Origin: a virus
Direction: 5' to 3' (one strand)
Virus record (IMG/VR): IMGVR_UViG_3300002098_000051
Location: 1-50,513 of that record
Length of the DNA: 50,513 bases
Shown here piece after piece: positions 44,264 through 50,126 of this stretch (positions are counted from its first letter, which is position 1; every line of letters begins with the position of its first letter). The translations under genes were made by a program, and so were the position numbers. Under the pieces are notes generated by a model. The model did not search any database, was not told the DNA's origin, and worked only from the letters and a program-made list of their open reading frames with translations.

Positions 44264-44336
44264 TAAAAGTAAATTTTTTAAGTCAAAATAATTATAAAAA
44301 TAATTTTTTTAGAATAGATCGTTTTATTTATCTTTG
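44264..44336. promoter_or_regulatory. bidirectional promoter module C (partial copy of the A/T element)
   Basis: Reading left to right: minus-strand TACTTTTA (44264-44271); a 10-nt spacer; GTCAA...AAAAATAATTTTTTTAG (44282-44312); an 18-nt spacer after the T-run; plus-strand TATCTTTG (44329-44336), which overlaps the sigma-54-type motif. Confidence 0.6.
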
Positions 44337-44349
44337 GCATACTATTTGC
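44335..44349 (+). promoter_or_regulatory. sigma-54 (-24/-12) type promoter motif
   Basis: TTGGCATactatTTGCA followed by TTATATCA. ATG at 44374. Confidence 0.6.
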
Positions 44350-44373
44350 ATTATATCATAAAAAGCAATTAAA

Positions 44374-44790
44374 ATGAAACAACTAATAATAAAAGGTATA
44401 GAACTGGATTTGTTTAACTATACGGACGGCCAGGGTTTTTCTAAAAGCATAACCGATGTCGATTTGTTGGTTAGCATATTAACCGATCATAAACACGTTA
44501 CCGAAACCGTTTTGCGTAACATGGTTAACGCTATGCAATACGTTAAGGATAATAAAATGCGCAGATACATAATTCTTTTCCTTCACTTTACTAATCCGCG
44601 TAAAGGTGGCGTGCATAAGCTGCAAAAGTGTAACCAGACATTTATACGCGGCGGCGTAAAAACGCCTACCAACTGCAACCAAACCAATCTTTTTGAAAAG
44701 CCATTTAGTATATCAAGGTATAACGATTGTTTTTTACCTGGCGCAGATACTTTCCATGTTTATAACGGTAGCGATTTAGTTCGCGCTTGA
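44374..44790 (+). CDS. hypothetical protein (138 aa)
   Basis: ORF after the promoter motifs. No domain recognised. Confidence 0.55.
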   Translation: MKQLIIKGIELDLFNYTDGQGFSKSITDVDLLVSILTDHKHVTETVLRNMVNAMQYVKDNKMRRYIILFLHFTNPRKGGVHKLQKCNQTFIRGGVKTPTNCNQTNLFEKPFSISRYNDCFLPGADTFHVYNGSDLVRA

Positions 44791-44798
44791 TTACTTTT

Positions 44799-44813
44799 TG
44801 GCATGATTATTGT
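44799..44813 (+). promoter_or_regulatory. sigma-54 (-24/-12) type promoter motif
   Basis: TTGGCATgattaTTGT followed by TATATC, with the -12 element GT rather than GC. ATG at 44826. Confidence 0.55.
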
Positions 44814-44825
44814 TATATCTTATCT

Positions 44826-45233
44826 ATGAGCAGGATACTAATAGGAGGCGCGGCACTTAACCACTACGGAAGCAGCCGCCATACCGACGACAAAGATTAC
44901 CTGGTTAACATACCTACCGAGGCCGCCGCATTTTTACACGAAGATGATTGCGATCTTATCAATGCTTCCGGCCACCCCTTATTTATGGAAATATGGGAAG
45001 CCGAGCAAGGTAACGAAGTGGCAAGCGTTAAAGCGTTGCTCGATCTTAAAGCATTCGCATTCGCCCAGCATTGCATTAACCGTAAATTTCAGAAAGCAGA
45101 TGATTGTGAGTATGACATTAAGTTTTTAATCCGTATGTACGGCAGTTTGTATAGTTGCCCACGCGCAAAGAAATATCTAACTACCGGAGAATATTCCGAA
45201 CTTTGTAAAGTAATAAGATCAGTTAAATTTTAA
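44826..45233 (+). CDS. minimal nucleotidyltransferase-fold protein (135 aa; start revised to 44826)
   Basis: N-terminal ILIGGAALNHYGSSRHTDDKDYLV fits the GG.A....G(S)-x-R-x-T-x-D-x-D NTase signature. The track start at 44787 lies upstream of the promoter motif. Confidence 0.5.
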   Translation: MSRILIGGAALNHYGSSRHTDDKDYLVNIPTEAAAFLHEDDCDLINASGHPLFMEIWEAEQGNEVASVKALLDLKAFAFAQHCINRKFQKADDCEYDIKFLIRMYGSLYSCPRAKKYLTTGEYSELCKVIRSVKF

Positions 45234-45245
45234 TCTACAAATAAC

Positions 45246-45446
45246 ATGCTAACATCGCAACAAATAGAAAAACTCGCCTCCGGCAAAAACGTTAAGCGTA
45301 TAGCCGTCGAAAACTTCCTTAGTTCTTTATCTGGCAATAAGAGCGCCGACTTCGAGAATTGTAAAATGGACGCCATGTTGTATAAATGGAATGCCGCTAC
45401 CGTTACGGCTATTAATAAAGGTATAGCGTTAAATAATGGAAAATAA
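45246..45446 (+). CDS. hypothetical protein (66 aa)
   Basis: ORF in operon context. Confidence 0.45.
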   Translation: MLTSQQIEKLASGKNVKRIAVENFLSSLSGNKSADFENCKMDAMLYKWNAATVTAINKGIALNNGK

Positions 45447-45585
45447 AACAATCGACCGCACCCGTGGCGTTTATCCTTTCATGCCGATCAAACTCGAGCA
45501 CGAAAGGATACGCCAACCGGAGACGTTACAAATAACGGACGATGAAACCGGCTTAGAAACAATAATCATATATTATGGTTTACCT
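45436..45585 (+). CDS. possible small protein (49 aa), not in ORF track
   Basis: Fills the 128-nt gap between 45446 and 45575. Overlaps both neighbours by 11 nt. Confidence 0.3.
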
Positions 45586-45844
45586 GATCCACTTTGATAC
45601 GCCGCTAAAGCACGCCAGCCACTACCTCGGTTACACGCCTAATGCCGTTACCTTTATTACACGCATAAAGAACCATAAGGCTGGGCGCGGCGCAAAGATA
45701 CTCGCTGCGTGTAATGCCGCAGGTATTACGTGGAATGTTGTCCGTACCTGGCCGGACGCTGATCGCGACTATGAGCGTAAACTTAAAAAGTGTTACAACC
45801 TACCGTGTTATTGCCCTATTTGCAAAAAGAAACGTAAGAGATGA
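45575..45844 (+). CDS. GIY-YIG-like small nuclease-fold protein (89 aa)
   Basis: VYLIHFDTPLKHASHYLGYT...RIKNHKAGRGAKIL...ERKLKK resembles the GIY...YxG...R..H..G...E pattern. Has a C-terminal CYCPIC. Confidence 0.5.
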   Translation: MVYLIHFDTPLKHASHYLGYTPNAVTFITRIKNHKAGRGAKILAACNAAGITWNVVRTWPDADRDYERKLKKCYNLPCYCPICKKKRKR

Positions 45845-46110
45845 AACAAAACAACAAACGTTACAAGCTCATAACGAGCATCCGATCACAACGGAAAAGT
45901 CATTTCGCTAAAGTTGTAAAACGAGCGAAAGATTCGTCTGATAAAACTAAGTGCATCATCAAAATGATCATTAACTCATTCCCAGATGATTTTAACTCTT
46001 TCGACGAGCCGATGTATTTTGACGAGGTAACAGAATTAGATAAAGAAACTTTTGATAAACTTTTAAAACGCACACGTAATGGACATAATCGCGATCTGCC
46101 GGAAGGGTAA
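45841..46110 (+). CDS. hypothetical protein (89 aa)
   Basis: ATGA overlap with the upstream stop. Confidence 0.5.
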   Translation: MKQNNKRYKLITSIRSQRKSHFAKVVKRAKDSSDKTKCIIKMIINSFPDDFNSFDEPMYFDEVTELDKETFDKLLKRTRNGHNRDLPEG

Positions 46111-46273
46111 AAAGATTTACTCCACCACTACTAACGTTAGCATCATTCGGACGCATACCGAACGATACGAGCGCGATCACCATGGCGAAGACTTATCTAA
46201 CTATAAAGTCCTCGACCGCAATAATTGGTCGATGGACGATTCTCAACCGGACTGCCACGTGTATGTCTTTTAA
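46079..46273 (+). CDS. hypothetical protein (64 aa)
   Basis: ORF in operon context, with a 32-nt overlap upstream. Confidence 0.4.
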   Translation: MDIIAICRKGKKIYSTTTNVSIIRTHTERYERDHHGEDLSNYKVLDRNNWSMDDSQPDCHVYVF

Positions 46274-46282
46274 AATATCGTT

Positions 46283-46516
46283 ATGTTAATAATAGATTTA
46301 AGTAAGCTATTTCAATACCTATACGACTACTCGTATAATACATCAAAGAAAGAACACTACGGAGTTTATATTGTGCCGGTTGGTCTAATAAACGAAGATG
46401 AGTTTCTGTGGGAGCTATTCCAGCAAGGGTCGGGTGTAAAGCCATGCAAAGATGGTTTCGTTTATCTTATACTCTTGTTTAAAAGCACCCTAACTTATAA
46501 TTTCGGATTTCATTGA
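46283..46516 (+). CDS. hypothetical protein (77 aa)
   Basis: ORF in operon context. Confidence 0.45.
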   Translation: MLIIDLSKLFQYLYDYSYNTSKKEHYGVYIVPVGLINEDEFLWELFQQGSGVKPCKDGFVYLILLFKSTLTYNFGFH

Positions 46517-46525
46517 TTGAAAGTT

Positions 46526-46540
46526 TGGCACGTAATTTGC
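46526..46540 (+). promoter_or_regulatory. sigma-54 (-24/-12) type promoter motif
   Basis: TTGGCACGtaatTTGCT followed by GTATATCA. ATG at 46565. Confidence 0.7.
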
Positions 46541-46564
46541 TGTATATCAGGAAACACAAATGAT

Positions 46565-46888
46565 ATGCTAACATACGATATTAACGCCGCAATAGAATTT
46601 CGCTCTACAAACTCGACCGTCTTAACAGATAGCTACGACAATAAAGTTGACGTAGATTTTAAAACCAGCATCTCTTTGGCAAAAGACGAGATGTTTATGT
46701 TCGGTTATGGTTACGGAGCTATACAGCAACTCGGATTTAATAACCGCCGCGATGTTACAAAAACAGAATTTAAAGCTAAGTATTCTTCTTATCGTAAGTA
46801 TTACTTTGATATAGAAAATGATTCAGACCTTCGCAGAAGCATAGATGAAGACCAGTGCCCTGGTTGCCAATTAGGACAATATCCTTAA
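46565..46888 (+). CDS. hypothetical protein (107 aa; start revised to 46565)
   Basis: The track start at 46517 precedes the promoter motif. The first ATG after it is at 46565. Confidence 0.5.
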   Translation: MLTYDINAAIEFRSTNSTVLTDSYDNKVDVDFKTSISLAKDEMFMFGYGYGAIQQLGFNNRRDVTKTEFKAKYSSYRKYYFDIENDSDLRRSIDEDQCPGCQLGQYP

Positions 46889-46940
46889 TAATATTTAAGA
46901 TCGGGCCGAGTAGCTAATCGCAGCGAACAGTGCCAAACCG

Positions 46941-46964
46941 CCGCGTCTCCGGACGCGGTTTTTT
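46941..46964 (+). terminator. Rho-independent terminator
   Basis: CCGCGTC (46941-46947), tccg loop, GACGCGG (46952-46958), then T6. Confidence 0.85.
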
Positions 46965-46987
46965 ACCTTTACATAAATTACAAAATT

Positions 46988-47191
46988 ATGAACTTTGACA
47001 ATCTTAATGCCGGAAGTATTTTCATTTTATCATTTGCTGGTATTATCGTAAGCGCAGTAATATGGCGTGCGATCCTGGAAGTGAATTATTTTAAACGCCA
47101 GGCCAAAGCGCAAACAGAGCTCCTGCGCCTAATGGCTCTGCAGGCCGGTTGCGATCCGGCATCGGTTAACGCATTAGTTAATCAAGAATAA
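46988..47191 (+). CDS. small membrane-anchored protein (67 aa)
   Basis: TM helix SIFILSFAGIIVSAVIW. Convergent with TerS and overlaps it by 14 nt. Confidence 0.45.
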   Translation: MNFDNLNAGSIFILSFAGIIVSAVIWRAILEVNYFKRQAKAQTELLRLMALQAGCDPASVNALVNQE

Positions 47192-47762
47192 AATCTATTT
47201 CCGGCGACGGAAGTGGCGGCGGCAGGACGTATGTCTTTTGCTGCTGGGTCGTTATCGGTGTTATTACCTCTCGCCCGTTGGTTGGCAAATAAAACTGTAT
47301 GGCCCCTGGCAATGGGTTGTCCGGATCGGAACCCACCAGGCTACGCTCAACCAAACCGATGTCCTTACCAATAAACTGCGCGTTAAAGTGGCCCGTCGTT
47401 GCGCCGGTATATTTACGGTTAATGATTATATCATCTATTAACCTGATCACCTCAAGGAAATGAGGATAATTATCTTTCGCTCGTCCTTTAAACTCGGTCC
47501 AATAAATAGAGCTTACTCCCCAAAAAGTGCACATGCCGAAAATAGTATATGGCAATATGGTCGGCACCTCGTACATATCCCCTGCGCTTTCGCCGCTCTT
47601 GCTTACCTCTATTTTATACCACGGATTATCATCTACCGATTGAAAATATTCACACGCAGCCTCCCATAATATCTGCGGAGTATTGAATATTTTATCCCTC
47701 CCGTGTTTGGATCGGAGCTTCCAGTTCTGTACACCCTTTTGAAATCCGTTTGTTGTTTGCAT
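47178..47762 (-). CDS. terS: terminase small subunit
   Basis: ILWEAACEYFQSVDDNPW...PYTIFGMCTFWGVSSIYWTEF...FLEVIRLIDDIIINRKYTGATTGHFNAQFIGKDIGL fits the small-terminase HTH-plus-oligomerisation pattern (P.T..GL...LG.s..t...y...F...I........e......g.....a.F.lkn.). Confidence 0.62.
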   Translation of the reverse strand: MQTTNGFQKGVQNWKLRSKHGRDKIFNTPQILWEAACEYFQSVDDNPWYKIEVSKSGESAGDMYEVPTILPYTIFGMCTFWGVSSIYWTEFKGRAKDNYPHFLEVIRLIDDIIINRKYTGATTGHFNAQFIGKDIGLVERSLVGSDPDNPLPGAIQFYLPTNGREVITPITTQQQKTYVLPPPLPSPEIDFILD

Positions 47763-47845
47763 GATATCCCTCTTATATCTTTGTGTAAAGGTAGTAGAAA
47801 AATAAGATTATAAAAAATTTTGCAGACATATTATGAAAATTGAGC

Positions 47846-48095
47846 GTAGTAAGTGTAGTAAGCATGGAAAAAGTGGTTACTACACTTTTTCGGCACATAA
47901 AGCGTTGATAATCTTTCTATTATATATTATGTAGTAAGAGTAGTAAGTGTAGTAAGTAGAATTCGAATAACACAATGAGTGAGGAAAAAGATGCGTCGAC
48001 CCCTAATTAGGAGTGTCGTCGAGAAATTGTCTGTTTTCTACGCCTAATGAAACTCGTTACTACGCTTACTACGTCAGTACAGAAATGCCTACTAC
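47846..48095. repeat. iteron-like 8-mer array GTAGTAAG / CTTACTAC with 9-bp phasing
   Basis: Direct copies at 47846, 47855, 47931, 47940 and 47949. Inverted (G/C)TTACTAC or CCTACTAC copies at 47876, 48056, 48065 and 48088. GTAGTAA(47855)...TTACTAC(47883) can form a hairpin. Confidence 0.85.
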
Positions 48096-48204
48096 GCCGT
48101 GGATCGGGCCAGGCCTAACCCCTAATAACGCCTATACCTAATAGGTAGCCAACCCAAATAAATCGGCAAAACCGGCGAAATAATTCGGTGCCCTAATGCC
48201 TAAT
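48002..48204. repeat. CCTAAT repeat cluster including the 10-bp palindrome CCTAATTAGG
   Basis: Palindrome at 48002-48011. CCTAAT at 48043, 48121, 48137, 48192 and 48199, and CCTAAC at 48114. Confidence 0.8.
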
Positions 48205-48219
48205 TAGTATATTCGCTCT

Positions 48220-48483
48220 ATGCTAAAGATCGACAAAGGTGTACCGGCCCCCAAACGGGCACAAAAGCTAAACGCGGACGAAAAGAGCAGGAGGCTAATG
48301 GAAATGAAGGAAATGCTCACCTTCCTTGAGGTTGGCGATTCTACCGTCTTTACAACCGAGAATATTTCGGCATGGAGGGTCGCGTTCTGCAACCTGGCCA
48401 AAACGCCGGAACAAAAGCTGATGGAATTTAGAACCGCCGCCGCCGAAAAGGAAAACGAATACCGTATCTGGAGAACGAAATGA
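48220..48483 (+). CDS. hypothetical protein (87 aa)
   Basis: First ORF after the non-coding repeat region. Starts with IDKGVPAP. Confidence 0.5.
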   Translation: MLKIDKGVPAPKRAQKLNADEKSRRLMEMKEMLTFLEVGDSTVFTTENISAWRVAFCNLAKTPEQKLMEFRTAAAEKENEYRIWRTK

Positions 48484-48662
48484 TAACAAAAGCAAAACTG
48501 ACGCAAGCGCGTGCGCTATTGCCGGAACTTGAGCATAGGGCGTCCGTGATCCATAATAATAAAAACCCACACGAGTTGTCGATCAAACGGGAACGGGCTG
48601 CTGGTATTATATCGAAACTGAATATATTGTTAACCCCTTTTGTAATTTCATTAGACAGATGA
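48480..48662 (+). CDS. hypothetical protein (60 aa)
   Basis: ATGA overlaps at both ends. Confidence 0.45.
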   Translation: MITKAKLTQARALLPELEHRASVIHNNKNPHELSIKRERAAGIISKLNILLTPFVISLDR

Positions 48663-49309
48663 TAATAAGAGAAAAACCTAAATTATTAGATTTATACTGT
48701 TGTGCAGGTGGCGCAGGTTACGGATACGAACAGGCTGGTTTTGATGTTACTGGGGTAGATATAACAGAACAACCGAGACACAAAGGTAAATTTATAAAAT
48801 CAGATGCGATAGAATATTTAAAAGCAAATTATAAAAAATACGATGCAGTGCACGCCTCTCCGCCATGTCAAGAGTATTCTATGTCATCTTTGCAATTTCG
48901 AGTCGCAGGAAAAAAATACGATGATTTAATAAGTGTTACTCGCGACGCTTTAATTAAAACCGGACTACCTTATATAATTGAAAACGTCCCTGGTAGTCCG
49001 TTAATAAATCCCATCACTTTGTGCGGATTAATGTTTGGAATGAAAACATACAGACATAGATTATTCGAAAGTAATATATATTTAAAATCGCCTAAACACG
49101 ATAAGCATATACACGCTAACGCAAAGATGGGAAGAAAAGTTAAAGACGATGAGTTTATCCAATATGTTGGTCATTTCTCGGGAGTAAAGCTCGTGCAAGA
49201 AATGACTGGTCTTTATTGGTTGGGTCAAAAGGAATTAGCGCAATCAATACCACCACAATATACAAAATATTTAGGCGAACAACTAATAAACTTTTTAAAA
49301 AATAAATAA
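48659..49309 (+). CDS. compact C5-cytosine DNA methyltransferase-like protein (216 aa)
   Basis: Has motif I (LDLYCCAGGAGYG), motif IV (ASPPCQEYS), motif VI (IIENVPG), an RHRLFE (motif VIII-like) and a C-terminal AQSIPPQY (motif X-like). There is almost no room for a target-recognition domain. Very AT-rich. Confidence 0.65.
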   Translation: MIIREKPKLLDLYCCAGGAGYGYEQAGFDVTGVDITEQPRHKGKFIKSDAIEYLKANYKKYDAVHASPPCQEYSMSSLQFRVAGKKYDDLISVTRDALIKTGLPYIIENVPGSPLINPITLCGLMFGMKTYRHRLFESNIYLKSPKHDKHIHANAKMGRKVKDDEFIQYVGHFSGVKLVQEMTGLYWLGQKELAQSIPPQYTKYLGEQLINFLKNK

Positions 49310-49710
49310 TGCTAACCGAAAGACAAATAGCTGCGCGAGCAGTACTGCTGGGCCGGAAGTGGGATAATGAGGATCAAATGACGAGCGATCTTTTCCAATA
49401 TACATTTAATTATCATCCGGCGCTTCGCGGATTATTTTTTCATGTGCCAAATGGTGGTGCGCGATCTATGCAAGAGGGGGCAAAATTTAAGGCGATGGGT
49501 GTGACGCCAGGGGAACCTGACTTCGTTAATATGTATCGTGTGCCGTGCGGCGTGGAGTTAAAGATGGAAAAAGAGCGTAAAACTAAAAACGGCGGTTTGT
49601 CTCCTGATCAAATGATGGTGCACGCGCAATGGCGTGCGGCAGGCCGCGAGGTTTATATAGCATATACGGCGGAGGAATATTTATCAATACTCGATAATCA
49701 TATATTATGA
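49309..49710 (+). CDS. VRR-NUC domain nuclease
   Basis: FFHVPNGGARSMQEGAKFKAMGVTPGEPDFVNMY...GVELKMEK...LSPDQMMVHAQWRAAGREVYIAYTAEE fits the VRR-NUC pattern (PNGG...G..G.PD...ElK...LS..Q..w). Confidence 0.75.
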   Translation: MLTERQIAARAVLLGRKWDNEDQMTSDLFQYTFNYHPALRGLFFHVPNGGARSMQEGAKFKAMGVTPGEPDFVNMYRVPCGVELKMEKERKTKNGGLSPDQMMVHAQWRAAGREVYIAYTAEEYLSILDNHIL

Positions 49711-49901
49711 GAAATAAACCAAAGATATTTGTCGTTATCGTTGACTTCCCTGGTAACGACTGGCCGGTTGGCAAACCTATGGTGTTAAATCAATACGACG
49801 CCGATCTAAAAGAAATGTGGGGTCAAAGCAAGGGCCGCACATTCTGGGAGCATAAATTTAAAAAATATCCTGGTGTTTATAAAGAGATAACAAATGAGTA
49901 A
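49707..49901 (+). CDS. hypothetical protein (64 aa)
   Basis: ATGA overlap with the upstream stop. Confidence 0.45.
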   Translation: MRNKPKIFVVIVDFPGNDWPVGKPMVLNQYDADLKEMWGQSKGRTFWEHKFKKYPGVYKEITNE

Positions 49902-50094
49902 ATTCCTAACCGGTTGCACCGTTCGGCATAAGCTACACAATACGGTTGTGGAGGTTTTGCCGGTTAAACCAATGGACGACGATTGTTTTGCTGGCCGTTA
50001 CCTTTATATCGAGAACGACTTTTTATATGAGGCCGGTAAAGCGCACGATGACTTTTTATTAAATAATTTCGATTTGATTGATTATTTGGCATGA
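49894..50094 (+). CDS. hypothetical protein (66 aa)
   Basis: ORF in operon context. Its stop codon lies inside the next promoter motif. Confidence 0.45.
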   Translation: MSKFLTGCTVRHKLHNTVVEVLPVKPMDDDCFAGRYLYIENDFLYEAGKAHDDFLLNNFDLIDYLA

Positions 50095-50101
50095 TAATTG
50101 T
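50087..50101 (+). promoter_or_regulatory. sigma-54 (-24/-12) type promoter motif
   Basis: TTGGCATgataaTTGT followed by ATATTAATCA, with the -12 element GT rather than GC. ATG at 50127. Confidence 0.55.
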
Positions 50102-50126
50102 ATATTAATCATAAAAACAAACAAAC

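Noticed and set aside
44047-44361. 104-aa plus-strand ORF from the track
   Set aside because: Its product is low-complexity and runs through the A/T promoter element and the sigma-54-type motif. The opposite strand encodes a far more protein-like Cys/His sequence.
47833-47934. 33-codon ORF (MKIERSKCSKHGKSGYYTFSAHKALIIFLLYIM) inside the iteron region
   Set aside because: It is short, and its sequence is dictated by the GTAGTAAG repeats. The repeats also occur in inverted orientation outside any frame, so a DNA-level function is the simpler reading.
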